A program made the position numbers and the translations under genes. From IMG/VR virus record IMGVR_UViG_3300043446_000267, positions 1 through 54,404 of that record: a stretch of 54,404 nt of DNA; one strand, written 5' to 3'. This stretch comes from a virus (taxonomy: Duplodnaviria > Caudoviricetes). Below the pieces are notes generated by a model. The model saw only the letters and a program-made list of their open reading frames with translations, searched no databases and had not been told where the DNA came from. Numbering within the stretch: position 1 is the stretch's first letter; each line of letters begins with the position of its first letter. Positions 31,501 through 40,858 of this stretch are shown here, piece by piece.

Positions 31501-31910
31501 AGGAATAACCCGTTAATATCTTTAACTTGCTCAGTGGTTTTAACACTTGTTACTTTCAAGAAACCTTGACCAGCAATGTTTCGTTTTGGATTGTACCCGA
31601 CTAAATTTGCAAGTTTAATAACAGAATCTCTACGCTCTGCTGTATCGATAAAGTTCTCACGGGCATTTAAGTCATTGCGGAAAGCAAGTGCTTGACCCAT
31701 GAAAGCGATAACGTCAAGCAACGCTACAAACTCAGAACTCTCTGTGTAATCGTTGAAAGTTTCGGGGTAGTTAAGTCGCAAGTAATCAATGAAACTCTTA
31801 CGCAGGGTTTCATAATCATAGCTTTGTAGGTCGGCTTGACTGAACGTTTGGTAGATTGCCTTCCAATCGTTGACGCCGAATATTGATGTTTGTCGTGAAG
31901 ATGTAGCCAT
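28542..31910 (-). CDS. gp6: Baseplate wedge protein, T4 gp6-like
   Basis: YDYETLRKSFIDYLR...FNDY.ESSEF.ALLD.IA...ARENFIDTAERRDSVIKLA.LVGYNPKR, FGDGVF, ESLASIKERAP..Y.TQNRMVNGEDY: characteristic gp6/baseplate J motifs. Confidence 0.9.
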   Translation of the reverse strand: MATSSRQTSIFGVNDWKAIYQTFSQADLQSYDYETLRKSFIDYLRLNYPETFNDYTESSEFVALLDVIAFMGQALAFRNDLNARENFIDTAERRDSVIKLANLVGYNPKRNIAGQGFLKVTSVKTTEQVKDINGLFLNNLTILWNDPSNPNWQEQFNSVLNSTMINTQRVGRPGHSNTILGIKTDEYTVNLTTNTLPAFKFTAQINGTNTDFEVVSTTSLNEEYVYEVPPAPNGIFNMLYRNDNLGYGSPNTGFFVYFKQGTLQTYDFTVNQRISNQVVDIPIQYINDTDTWLYEVDTLTGSLTKWDQVDSVYANNYLQTNSGTRTLFSVVSGFNDQVSYSFGDGVFSKIPVGSFRAFVRYGNAMEYSIDPTELQNVTIDIPYVSRTNRTETLTLTLDLQLPVTNAQTRESLASIKERAPTRYYTQNRMVNGEDYNNFPYTLYSSIIKSKALNRSSVGVSRNLDLLDPTAKYSSTNNFADDGGLYVDENDGYLNFTFTSTNDIASFFTQNLAKVLQGHRVLQYYVQNYTRYDLQETLGVGSYTPVLWHQTSLSALEATGYFRTTNGPIPLGSYSSSTSRYISPGALIKFTAPAGKYFDDRNRLVSGLVTPNTKTHIWATVMGVVTDGYNNGLGNLSNGKGPVSLNVSVPEGAIASSVIPSFSNTIPNSVIQECITRAVSNQSFSLSFENSLLATQTRWSVTGYPNSGYFVNFQCVGTDRYLVTYKSIAYYFGSVREIRFTYDSDKIVYDPLSGKLLQDHVNILKSNSQPNSNNSLIGDTTLNVVGMYVESDGYVDDYAVEISSRDINNKFVLTDPDFFSRITGFSFGGANTSTFVFFKQALDANMLTRYLMVPSDEVVYNYTTKSAIENVKYEFSVGQVFYTYPDNKFYIINESATVENIVTVDEIANYRAGYGRQGLHFQYKHTSPNTTRIDPATSNIIDLYVVTQSYYTQYQNWIQDSTGVVMEPSVPDINELRQSYGKVDDYKMLTDSVIINSVRFKPLFGSKADPALRATIKVIKSSSTTASDSEIRSAVLNEMNKYFSIDKWNFGDTFYFSELSAYLHSAIGDLVNSVVLVPNDPNLKFGELYEIRSAPYEIFVNAAKATDITVISALTPSELQISK

Positions 31911-31927
31911 ATCTATTCTCTTTTATG

Positions 31928-31935
31928 TATTTATC
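31928..31935 (-). promoter_or_regulatory. Putative late promoter GATAAATA
   Basis: Intergenic, upstream of gp6. Confidence 0.65.
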
Positions 31936-31954
31936 ATACAAAAATATGGCGTTT

Positions 31955-32401
31955 TTAGACTCCGAATGCTTTGCTTGCTTGTTGGTCGAAATAAATTGAT
32001 AGAGATTTTGCTTCGTTAAATGGGGCGATTGCCATCTCTACTTCAAGTAAAATCCCATTATCTTGGGGGTATGCACTGACGTTCCCTAGTATGATCCTAG
32101 GGTCTAATTTAGCCATTCTACGAATTTCATTCTGAATCTGAATTTGGACGTCTTCTACGTTTGGTTCAAATATGAATCCCCAGAGTGTTGTACCGTAACT
32201 GGGTTGTCCGGGCTTTTGTCCCAGTGGAATGTTTAACGAGTTCAAGAAATCCTGAATAACTAATTGCTCATCAGTAAGACGAAACTTCTTACTGAAGCCT
32301 ATTAAATTAGTTTGTCCCATACCACCATCAATACCCGGTTGTATTGTGGGTTGCTGTATTTGACCTACGTGCTGAGTTGAGAATCCTGAAAAAGTTGGCA
32401 T
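31955..32401 (-). CDS. gp25: Baseplate wedge subunit, gp25/GPW-like
   Basis: D.QLV.QD.LN.LNIP.GQKPGQPSYGTTLWGFIFEP...DPRI, the gp25 family pattern. Confidence 0.88.
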   Translation of the reverse strand: MPTFSGFSTQHVGQIQQPTIQPGIDGGMGQTNLIGFSKKFRLTDEQLVIQDFLNSLNIPLGQKPGQPSYGTTLWGFIFEPNVEDVQIQIQNEIRRMAKLDPRIILGNVSAYPQDNGILLEVEMAIAPFNEAKSLSIYFDQQASKAFGV

Positions 32402-32417
32402 ATTAATTCCTATACAA

Positions 32418-32425
32418 TATTTATG
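32418..32425 (-). promoter_or_regulatory. Putative late promoter CATAAATA
   Basis: Intergenic, upstream of gp25. Confidence 0.6.
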
Positions 32426-32430
32426 TACCG

Positions 32431-35400
32431 TTAAACGTTTCGCATTTCGCTTCTAATAGTTTCCCACTTCTGTGCTGATTCTTTGAAAGATGCTTCTGCT
32501 GTTTTTGTTTCAGGTGCGTCTGGTCCAAACTTAGATTTGGCATCCCAGTATGCTTTTCTAGTCGCAAAGTAGTTATCTTCTTCTTTGTCCAAATCTGCTT
32601 TCAATTTATCGTATTTCTCGGCTTCTGCTTTAGTTGGTACTTTGATTTTAAATGAACCAAAACTCAATGCAGGAATCTTAGGGTCTCCTAGCAATGCTTT
32701 AGATTTTTCTTTGACTGAATCAAAACTACTTGTTGCTTCTGCTACTGTAGGTAGTTTAATATCTAAAGGTCCACCTGAAGTAATGGAACCAATAGAAGCA
32801 TTTAATTTAGACATGGCGCCTGCACCCATGCCAGCTTGAGCAAGGCTCATCAACCCTGATTTTGTCGATGACAATGTTGAGCCCACAGAATCTAGTGACG
32901 GTGCTGAATTTCCTGAAGTTAAACTTCCAAGTTTGTCACCGGTTGCTTTTGCCATATTATATAATGAGCCGGCAGCACCTACAGCAGTTGATACGCCTCC
33001 GTTTACTGCTGCCATTGTACTAGATGATGCTCCTGCAATCGCATTTGATGCAAATGTTTTAACACCATCTAACGTTTTTGGCAGACTATCAATCATACTC
33101 TTAGGGTTTAATCCCGATACAATGTTCTTTGTTGCATTTAGTCCACCTGGCAAGTTAGATAATCCTGAACTATCACTTGCTCCCGTCTTGGCTGCTTCTT
33201 TAATCTCATCCGCTGAAGCCCCTGCTTTAGCTGCGGCTTCTTCGGCTGCTTCAGCGTTTACTTTGTTTAAGTTAACAGGTACTTTAGATTTCAATGTTTT
33301 AAACATTCCAGTAACTTTTGCGAATGCGCCAGCGGCTGCACCCTTTAAGCTATCTAATGTATTGCTCCCCTCAGTTGCTAGTGATCCAAGTCCACTTGTG
33401 ACCTTATCCGCCAAACCAGCAGCAAATTTGCCAGCTGCCATTAGCTCCGACGGTGCCCCAGAATTTAAGTTGTTTAAACTAGGTAGACCTTCTGGCATTT
33501 TTAATCCCAAGCCACCTGCACCTGATGTTAGGCTCTTTGCATAATCTAAAGCAGGACCAGTGCCAACTGATGCCGCTGTCATAATCAAACCGGCAGTTTG
33601 TGTAGGACTTTCATTTCCAGTAATTGCACCTGCATCTTTCAACTCTTTTTCTGCATTACTCATTAAACCGCATTGAGCACTAATCTGTGCATCTAAGTTT
33701 TTAGTAAAATCTTTATAGTTGTTGATGCCATCTTTACCAGTAAACAAGTTAGTTGGCATAGCTTCTTCTAATGATTTGCCTGAAGCTAATGCCTTGTTAA
33801 CAATAGCATCTGCTCCTGGCTTTAAAGTACCGACACTCGCTAATTGAGTAGCATTTAAACCAAACTTACCTACAACTGCTTCAGGTGTACTAGACCCTGA
33901 ACCAAACAGATTAGATACTGAACCTAATGACAGTGACATTAAACCGTTTTGTCCATTTCCTGAACTAGTTTGTGCTTGACCTTTTACTCCTGAGCCTGAC
34001 TTAACTTGTTCTGCCGCAGGGCCTGTTGCAGCATTAACTGCTGCCTGTGATACCATTACACTAGTCGTATTCTTATCTAGTGTAGAACTTGCCGCCTGTG
34101 GACTACGCACAGTAGATGCAAGAGATGGATTAGTTGGATTTGCAGGTGCTGCCGGAACAGCATTGTTTGCTGCCTGAACAGATGCTGAGGGTGCTGCCGG
34201 AAAAGCTGCATCAGCACTTAGATTAACTTTAACATCAACACCCAAACCTAAATCTGCCCATGGCATATGAGCAGGTGCTCTGCTTACGATACTTTCTAAT
34301 TTACCTGGTGCGGCAGCATAACCTTTCTTACCATCGTATAATGTATCAGTATGCTTAATGACGGGTAACGTTTTAACTGCTCCAGGTGTTAGTGGAGATG
34401 AACCTGTATTGAGATTGACCTTTGATCCGTTAACATATGTTGTACCGCCGGCGGCAAAACCAGCTGATGCGCCGGCAGAAAATGCCATACCCCCGTCTAC
34501 TTTAACAGTATGGTCTCCTGTAGTGTGTTGGTTAAATTTAGCACCAACTTTCAACGTTGAATCTTTTTCACTTTCAGTATAGATGTTTTCTGCTTTGACT
34601 GTTAGATTCTTTGTGGCATGTATATTAATGTTATTATCTGCGTGTAAGTTCAAATCACCTTGTGTTCTTACGTTGAAACTGTTAGTTGAGTAGATATCAA
34701 CAGTACCTTCTTTGCCCAATTCAACCCAGCTTTGACCATTAGAGTGAATGATGAACAATGCTTCTGCTGTATCATTCATCATAATCTGATGTCCACTAGC
34801 AGTTCTTAATCTAAGTAACTGGTCTGCACCTGATTGGTCTCCGTCATCTAAAACAATAGAATGTCCACCTCTGCGACCGGCAATTTTTAATTTTTCTGCA
34901 CTTGCTGATTTAGCGGCGTCTTTAATAGACGAATCATCATATCCACCTTCATATATAGGTCTACCAGGACTACTCAAACCGATAACTCTACTTGGACTTT
35001 CACGCATTGCATTGCTACCGATAGTTCCCCTGTCGGCATCACGCAACAAACCTTGTTTGTTTAAAATGGCGGCTTGATAACTATGAATAGGTCTTGCTTC
35101 GCTAGTTGTTTCAGTGCTACCTGCAAGTTTACTATTACCTTTATTAACTTCCGAAACTGGTAGTCTCTTTGCACCACCGTATGAATCTGCTTCACTTTCA
35201 TTAGCTGTAATATTAGTTGAAGAACCAATAGCAGGCACCATGTGATTGTACCCTGATTCAGGAATACAACCAATGTAATATCCAAAGTTAGCGTCACCGT
35301 TTACAAAGATACAAACTACTTTTGTGCCAACGTCAGGTGGAGTAGCCCAGAATCCGTATGCGTGTGGGTTGTTAACATATGATCCGTGACCAGAACTATC

Positions 35401-35643
35401 GCCTGCTGCCGGTGATGTTGCACCGAAGAAAGGGCTCATATAACTAACAGTGACCCAGCTATTTCCATCATCTGAATCAGATTTTCCTGCGTCTTCTATA
35501 AAGACTTGAATTCTCCCGGCTTTTTGCGGGTCTATGTTATTTTTCACTATCCCAATAAGTGGATAGTTACGTGTGACTGCGCCGCCTTTGTCGTTCTTAA
35601 ACGCCTGCGTAGTACCTCTAACTTTTGTAATATTTTCACTCAT
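32431..35643 (-). CDS. gp5: Baseplate central spike, gp5/VgrG-like, with long C-terminal extension
   Basis: OB-fold GIVKNNIDPQKAGRIQVFI...PPDVGTKV, beta-helix GHSIVLDD...LRTASGHQIMMND...G.VDIYS, RAPAHMPW, then ~600 aa Ala/Ser/Gly-rich extension. Confidence 0.85.
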   Translation of the reverse strand: MSENITKVRGTTQAFKNDKGGAVTRNYPLIGIVKNNIDPQKAGRIQVFIEDAGKSDSDDGNSWVTVSYMSPFFGATSPAAGDSSGHGSYVNNPHAYGFWATPPDVGTKVVCIFVNGDANFGYYIGCIPESGYNHMVPAIGSSTNITANESEADSYGGAKRLPVSEVNKGNSKLAGSTETTSEARPIHSYQAAILNKQGLLRDADRGTIGSNAMRESPSRVIGLSSPGRPIYEGGYDDSSIKDAAKSASAEKLKIAGRRGGHSIVLDDGDQSGADQLLRLRTASGHQIMMNDTAEALFIIHSNGQSWVELGKEGTVDIYSTNSFNVRTQGDLNLHADNNINIHATKNLTVKAENIYTESEKDSTLKVGAKFNQHTTGDHTVKVDGGMAFSAGASAGFAAGGTTYVNGSKVNLNTGSSPLTPGAVKTLPVIKHTDTLYDGKKGYAAAPGKLESIVSRAPAHMPWADLGLGVDVKVNLSADAAFPAAPSASVQAANNAVPAAPANPTNPSLASTVRSPQAASSTLDKNTTSVMVSQAAVNAATGPAAEQVKSGSGVKGQAQTSSGNGQNGLMSLSLGSVSNLFGSGSSTPEAVVGKFGLNATQLASVGTLKPGADAIVNKALASGKSLEEAMPTNLFTGKDGINNYKDFTKNLDAQISAQCGLMSNAEKELKDAGAITGNESPTQTAGLIMTAASVGTGPALDYAKSLTSGAGGLGLKMPEGLPSLNNLNSGAPSELMAAGKFAAGLADKVTSGLGSLATEGSNTLDSLKGAAAGAFAKVTGMFKTLKSKVPVNLNKVNAEAAEEAAAKAGASADEIKEAAKTGASDSSGLSNLPGGLNATKNIVSGLNPKSMIDSLPKTLDGVKTFASNAIAGASSSTMAAVNGGVSTAVGAAGSLYNMAKATGDKLGSLTSGNSAPSLDSVGSTLSSTKSGLMSLAQAGMGAGAMSKLNASIGSITSGGPLDIKLPTVAEATSSFDSVKEKSKALLGDPKIPALSFGSFKIKVPTKAEAEKYDKLKADLDKEEDNYFATRKAYWDAKSKFGPDAPETKTAEASFKESAQKWETIRSEMRNV

Positions 35644-35654
35644 TGTTTCACCTT

Positions 35655-38306
35655 TTATCTGTTGTAGCTTCTAGTCTTGTTAGTTGTGTCATATTCTCTT
35701 GACGCACCACGACCTTGTGAAACTACTTTCTTTTTACCAGAACTGCTGTTGTCATCATCTGGTCTTTGTTTAGAAGCTGAACTCGATGATGAATTACTAG
35801 ATCCGTTATCATAATCTCCAGTATAGTTACCCATTGCGTCAAATCCACCAATATCAGATGTATACACATTATTTCTTTCTTTGCGTGATTTTGCTTCATT
35901 TATAGCGTTATCCACTCTACGAACATCTGCTTGTGTTGCTTTAGGCGGTTTCTTCTTAGGAGCTTTCTTAGTCTGTTCTCTGCCGCTATCTTTAGTTGTT
36001 TCATTTTTCTTTGCAAATGATGCTAAGTCAGTGGCATACATTTCTATTTCTTGAGTAAATTTACCTTTACTAAATGTGCTATTAACCCATTTTAATTCAA
36101 ATGTTATACCTTTAATAGAATCTTTCACACTAGCATCGTAGTTATAATAACGAATGTTGTCATTGATTGACAATGTTCCTGCTGGAACTTCAGGATCTGT
36201 TCCAGAATTATAATCTTCCGCCGTTTTGAAATCTAGTTCTACAAAAACTTGACCGCCGTTTGCGTTAACTGTGTATCCATCAGGCCCGTAAAATTTTTCA
36301 AACACTGAATTCATTGAAGAACCTAATGTTTGTGAAAGATAATCAGGGTCTCCCATGATAGTCATTTTTCCCATTACTGTACTACCAGGGTCATACAAGT
36401 CAACAGCCAATGCATTGACTGATTCGGCAGCTTTGTTTTGTGCTCCTGTTTGATTACCTGGTTGCGGTTTATCAACTTTAGGTATAGGTGGACTACTCTC
36501 GTTAGGAGAGTTAGATACACCAGTTAAAAAGTAAAGGTTGTTGTATGTTTGCTCGTAAGAAAGAACTTCAGTGTTTTTACCAGTGTACCAGTATTCGTAC
36601 TTTTTATGTGGTCCAGGATAAGTAGAAGTTTTACTAACCATTGCAGTTCTCACAAAAGGTACAATATATCGTTGAACATAGTATGTTATTTTATAGGCGT
36701 AATCGTTGAGTACACTATCATATCCCAATACCTCAATACCAGGAGTAACAGTAAACCATGCAACTTCTGCAGGGCTTCCATTAACAGCTGGGTTATCTTC
36801 TGACAATGCTGAATCAACTTTAGTCATCATATCCTTAATGTATGAACTTTGTTTGATTACCTGTTCAACTGCCGCAACCATGTGAGAACCGGACGTTATT
36901 GTAAGGTTTCTTATTCCTTTATTAGTTGACGCCTTTCCTTCATTTGCGGGATTAGAATCTTTCGTAGATGTAGCTGAATTCATAGCTACTACTGTTTTAT
37001 ATTTTGCAAAGTCTTTAGGATCAACCATCACTGCATCTTCAATACCAGAGTTAGGTTCAAATTCTATATGATATGAATTGGCTACAATCGTAGCTTTATT
37101 TTTGTTCTTTGCCTCTTTGCGTCTTTTTTCTGCTGATGCGGCTTCCTCTTTATTCATCTTAGTAAGTAATCCGTTCTTACCAGTCAACATTTCTTTTACA
37201 GTCGATCCACTAAGTGTTGCGTTAGATCCAATTTGACCACGCTTTGCACCAAAACTTTCAGTCATACTTAAAGCAGTAGCCTGAATGTTATAGACCGTCA
37301 TTTTGCCATCAAGTTTAAATTTAAAACTTGATATTTTTAATGAGTAAAATCTTTCGAACAATGCTTGGTTGTCTGTTTTAGTACTAGCATTGTCTGAGCC
37401 GTTATATTGGTCGGCAGTAACAATTTCACCGTTCTTATCATATCCGTAAAAACGAATACCTAGTACATAAAATTGACCTAACGCATTTGCTTCTCCGTCA
37501 AACCCCGGCAATGTAGAAGATTCTTGCATTGCTTTGGCAGCAGTTGTTAATCGTGAAGTAAACGATAAACCAAAAGGTTCGTAGATGTTGAATTCAAAAG
37601 AGGCAGATTGAGCAGAGGCTGACCCTTGATCCTTTAATGACGTTATTGTTTTAAATTTTAAATCATCAATATAAAAATCTAATTCGAAACCAGGGGCTCT
37701 CTTGTTGCCGCCGGGTTCGTTTGCTAAACTATTATTGATACCACCTGATTGCGCTAGTAGATAAAATCCGTTACTATCAGAAGTACCATTACCAACCTGA
37801 GTCATACCAGAAGAAATAAATTTGTTTGATGCTTCTGGCGTTACCATATACAAACTAAGCTGGTAGTTATAACTTGAGAAATCGCTTAATGGATTATATT
37901 GTCTACGATTTGGTAATCCAACACCTTGACCAGCAGTTACGGCTTCTTTCTTTGACGGTGTTTTTTCACCTTTGTCTCCATCAGCAGTCGATGATGTATT
38001 TTGTTGAGTAGGTTGTTGTTCAGTTCCATTATCTGCTTTTGGATTTGATGACGGCGTGACTGCTTCGGGACTACTGGTGCTTTTAGCCGCAGGTGTGCTT
38101 GTTGATGCGGTGGAGGTTTCTGTTCGGACATTACTATCGTTATTAGTAGCAGTACCGTTTTCTATATTTGCATATCCTTCGTTCAGGCGTGCGGCTTTTG
38201 CTTCTAATTCTTGCTTGGTAAATTGACCAGCGAATAGTTGTTCGCCTGTCTTAGTATCTAATAGATAGTAATAATCGGCTGCACCAACGACTTCAAAACG
38301 TGCCAT
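35655..38306 (-). CDS. Putative baseplate hub protein (gp27/Mu gp44-like)
   Basis: Between gp53 and gp5; NPLSDFSSYNYQLSLY, FNIYEPFG, KKYEYWYTGKNTEVL, MTIMGDPDYL, VNSTFSKGKFTQEI motifs; low-complexity termini. Confidence 0.6.
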   Translation of the reverse strand: MARFEVVGAADYYYLLDTKTGEQLFAGQFTKQELEAKAARLNEGYANIENGTATNNDSNVRTETSTASTSTPAAKSTSSPEAVTPSSNPKADNGTEQQPTQQNTSSTADGDKGEKTPSKKEAVTAGQGVGLPNRRQYNPLSDFSSYNYQLSLYMVTPEASNKFISSGMTQVGNGTSDSNGFYLLAQSGGINNSLANEPGGNKRAPGFELDFYIDDLKFKTITSLKDQGSASAQSASFEFNIYEPFGLSFTSRLTTAAKAMQESSTLPGFDGEANALGQFYVLGIRFYGYDKNGEIVTADQYNGSDNASTKTDNQALFERFYSLKISSFKFKLDGKMTVYNIQATALSMTESFGAKRGQIGSNATLSGSTVKEMLTGKNGLLTKMNKEEAASAEKRRKEAKNKNKATIVANSYHIEFEPNSGIEDAVMVDPKDFAKYKTVVAMNSATSTKDSNPANEGKASTNKGIRNLTITSGSHMVAAVEQVIKQSSYIKDMMTKVDSALSEDNPAVNGSPAEVAWFTVTPGIEVLGYDSVLNDYAYKITYYVQRYIVPFVRTAMVSKTSTYPGPHKKYEYWYTGKNTEVLSYEQTYNNLYFLTGVSNSPNESSPPIPKVDKPQPGNQTGAQNKAAESVNALAVDLYDPGSTVMGKMTIMGDPDYLSQTLGSSMNSVFEKFYGPDGYTVNANGGQVFVELDFKTAEDYNSGTDPEVPAGTLSINDNIRYYNYDASVKDSIKGITFELKWVNSTFSKGKFTQEIEMYATDLASFAKKNETTKDSGREQTKKAPKKKPPKATQADVRRVDNAINEAKSRKERNNVYTSDIGGFDAMGNYTGDYDNGSSNSSSSSASKQRPDDDNSSSGKKKVVSQGRGASREYDTTNKTRSYNR

Positions 38307-38309
38307 GTA

Positions 38310-38609
38310 TTATATTCCTAATGCTGTTTTTAAATTCGATAACTGAGGGATATAGATTCCAGTACCGGCAGTAAAATCAAAGAGAGGATCTTTAAGTCTG
38401 TTTGGGTTACGCTGAGAAAATACCCACCATAATCTGCTATCAGAATATAAGTCAAAGGCTAATAAATCAGGTCTCATGTGATATGTTTGTGTGATGATCC
38501 AATACGAATCTGTTTCATCTTTTGGAATTGGTCTATCAATCATTACATCTAAAAATTGACCGTTTACAAATGAACTTAAAAAATATGGACTTGCTTGTGG
38601 ATACGCCAT
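38310..38609 (-). CDS. gp53: Baseplate wedge protein, gp53/LysM-like (tail X)
   Basis: YHMRPDLLAFDLYSDSRLWWVFSQRNP...DP.FDF..G..IYIP; start 38609 by TAATG overlap (track 38615). Confidence 0.85.
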   Translation of the reverse strand: MAYPQASPYFLSSFVNGQFLDVMIDRPIPKDETDSYWIITQTYHMRPDLLAFDLYSDSRLWWVFSQRNPNRLKDPLFDFTAGTGIYIPQLSNLKTALGI

Positions 38610-40813
38610 TACCAAATACCTCCGCCGCCTTGTTGACGTTTTGAACCTCTCAGTAATTCACCTGAAGCATATTTCTCTAAACTAAAGTTATTACTAATGT
38701 CATTTCTAGTTACAATAGGTACTCCGCCTATTGTAAACTGAACTTTAGTAGGTACGTATGTGGCTTCTGAATTACCTAAACTAGTGAAAGTTGGTTCATC
38801 TTTAACACCACCCTTCTTTAATTTTGAACTAGTTAATCTTGCCTTGACTGAATCCCAAAATCCAGTAGCAGTTGTTTTTTCTTGTTGTGCACCTGGTGTT
38901 GAACTATAAGTGCTGTATGTGCCTGCACGTATATAATCAACATCATCGGGCAATGACATATTGAATGAGGTTATTGCCAATGGATGATTATCAAATTGAT
39001 GAGCACCGTAACCACTTAGATATACTAAAGGAGGTGGAGTACCTGCTTTTGGATTATCATCTTGACCATAAAACATTTTAGTCACTGACCTAAAGAAGTG
39101 TATGACAGCTAACAAATAATTTGCTTCGTTCACATCTTGTGCTGTAAAAACAGCAGTGATTTGTATGGCACCGACTTCACTGTTTTTATATTGGTACATT
39201 TTGTAATTACTATGCGTCAAGTCAGTACCGTCATAGTTAGCAGTATAGTTAACTTGAATCTGCGGTGTGTACGGAAAGATGACACCGTCAGTTAATGACA
39301 ATGGATATAAGAGATGTGTGGGGCTATTTGCTGCTTTATACAAATATGTTGCGTGTGGAGCTAAACTTAAACGAACTCTCCAATCAGGTTTTTGTTTAAA
39401 ATCGTTCTTTACTAATTTCTGTTTCTTTGGTACTGATATACCAGTATCTTTTGGTTTATCATCTGGTACTTGTTTAGAAACCATAAGGCTATACTTGCCT
39501 TTGCCACGCCCTTGTGCAATCCAAGTAAGAGTATCACCTTTAGCAACAGTATATGTTCCACCATTAGGCATTTTAAATACTTGTCCTGGATAAATCAAGT
39601 CAGGGTTCTTAATGATATCTTTATTCAACGCATAAATTGCTTGGTATCCACCATCAGTCACCCAAGGAGTATTATCCTCAGATGTTACAGTTTTTGTGCC
39701 GTCACCGCCACCCGGCTGCGGTTCGTTAGCTGCAATTACATCGGCTTCAGTTGGTCCGGGTGCGTCATAAGCCGCGGCTGAATCTTGTCTAGCTTTTTCA
39801 AACGGATCTTCTTCAGGTGAGATGGTTGATTGACCATTACTTACATATGGATCAGCACCATTATCAGCCTGAGATACAGTCGATTGACCATTACTTACAT
39901 ATGGATCAGACCCATTATCTACCGTAGTTTTTGAGTTCATGTTTCCAGTATTCTCAACTACAATTTTAGCATCGGCACCTGCAGGAGAACCAACAGGTAC
40001 GTAAGTTGTAGAAGTTCCATCACTAGATTTTTCTACGTCATACGTTTGCCCATCAATTTGTTCGGTAGTTCCTTTACCAGAAGAACTGTTAGACAACGTA
40101 GTTGAACTGCTATCTACAGTGTTTTCATATTTCACACTAATGGTGCTAGAATTTGCACTAGGTGTTATTTCAACTGAAGATGAACCCGGTGCCTTGGCTT
40201 GTGCTGCATCTGAGAATGAGTTTTCTGATTGAGAGAACAACGTAGTTGCTTTTTCTTTATTGGCAGCACGTTCTTCAGGTGTAGCATTTTTTAATTTATC
40301 ATATTCTTCCTGAGTAATTACGCCTTCTTGCAAGCTACGATTCAGTGTTGCTTGTCCTGTTTTACTGTTCGGATTAGCTGCATATGCTTGACCCAATTTA
40401 TATTGGTTCGTACCTGCGTTGTCTAATGCAGTACTTTCAGGTGTGTCTTTAGCTGGGGTGGAATATCTTGTTAGTGTTCCACCACCTGTAACAGTTTCAA
40501 TGGACGATGATGATTGTGTCGTAGTAGTTTTAGGTACGGCTCTAGATGAGGCGACAACACTCTCATAATAATTGCTATCTTTTTCTACTTCAGCATCAAG
40601 TTGTTGGGCTGCCGCTAAATCAGCTTTAGACGAATTACCAGTGTAGCCAGAGCCAACAACCATAGGTCTGGTTTTCCCGTCCATATCAACGTTAAAATCA
40701 GTGTCTTTGTATCCAGACTTAGCAATGTGTGACATTATCTGGGATTCCGTAGCTCCTTGTGATTCTAGACGGTTTATCTCGTCTGCTACTTGCTGGCGTG
40801 TTTGTGTTGGCAT
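38609..40813 (-). CDS. Tail tube initiator/baseplate cap (gp48/gp54-like) with low-complexity N-terminus and permuted LysM domain
   Basis: C-terminal DWRVRL...GVIFPYTPQI...HSNY...FRSVTKMFYG...GTPPPLVYLSGYG...LPDDVDYI tube-like domain; LysM halves at ~39490-39650; start MPTQ at 40813 after GAGGAA (track 40843). Confidence 0.7.
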   Translation of the reverse strand: MPTQTRQQVADEINRLESQGATESQIMSHIAKSGYKDTDFNVDMDGKTRPMVVGSGYTGNSSKADLAAAQQLDAEVEKDSNYYESVVASSRAVPKTTTTQSSSSIETVTGGGTLTRYSTPAKDTPESTALDNAGTNQYKLGQAYAANPNSKTGQATLNRSLQEGVITQEEYDKLKNATPEERAANKEKATTLFSQSENSFSDAAQAKAPGSSSVEITPSANSSTISVKYENTVDSSSTTLSNSSSGKGTTEQIDGQTYDVEKSSDGTSTTYVPVGSPAGADAKIVVENTGNMNSKTTVDNGSDPYVSNGQSTVSQADNGADPYVSNGQSTISPEEDPFEKARQDSAAAYDAPGPTEADVIAANEPQPGGGDGTKTVTSEDNTPWVTDGGYQAIYALNKDIIKNPDLIYPGQVFKMPNGGTYTVAKGDTLTWIAQGRGKGKYSLMVSKQVPDDKPKDTGISVPKKQKLVKNDFKQKPDWRVRLSLAPHATYLYKAANSPTHLLYPLSLTDGVIFPYTPQIQVNYTANYDGTDLTHSNYKMYQYKNSEVGAIQITAVFTAQDVNEANYLLAVIHFFRSVTKMFYGQDDNPKAGTPPPLVYLSGYGAHQFDNHPLAITSFNMSLPDDVDYIRAGTYSTYSSTPGAQQEKTTATGFWDSVKARLTSSKLKKGGVKDEPTFTSLGNSEATYVPTKVQFTIGGVPIVTRNDISNNFSLEKYASGELLRGSKRQQGGGGIW
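39828..39919. repeat. Near-perfect 38-bp direct repeat with 54-bp period (DNG[S/A]DPYVSNGQS x2)
   Basis: gattgaccattacttacatatggatcag(ca/ac)ccattatc at 39828-39865 and 39882-39919. Confidence 0.9.
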
Positions 40814-40833
40814 GTTCCTCAGTTCCTTACTTA

Positions 40834-40858
40834 TATTTAGCACTAAATAAAAGTGCTA
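40834..40858. promoter_or_regulatory. Back-to-back CTAAATA late-type boxes overlapping a TAGCACT/AGTGCTA inverted repeat at the divergence point
   Basis: tatttag-ca-ctaaata palindrome (40834-40849); 7-bp stem 40838-40844/40852-40858. Confidence 0.55.
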
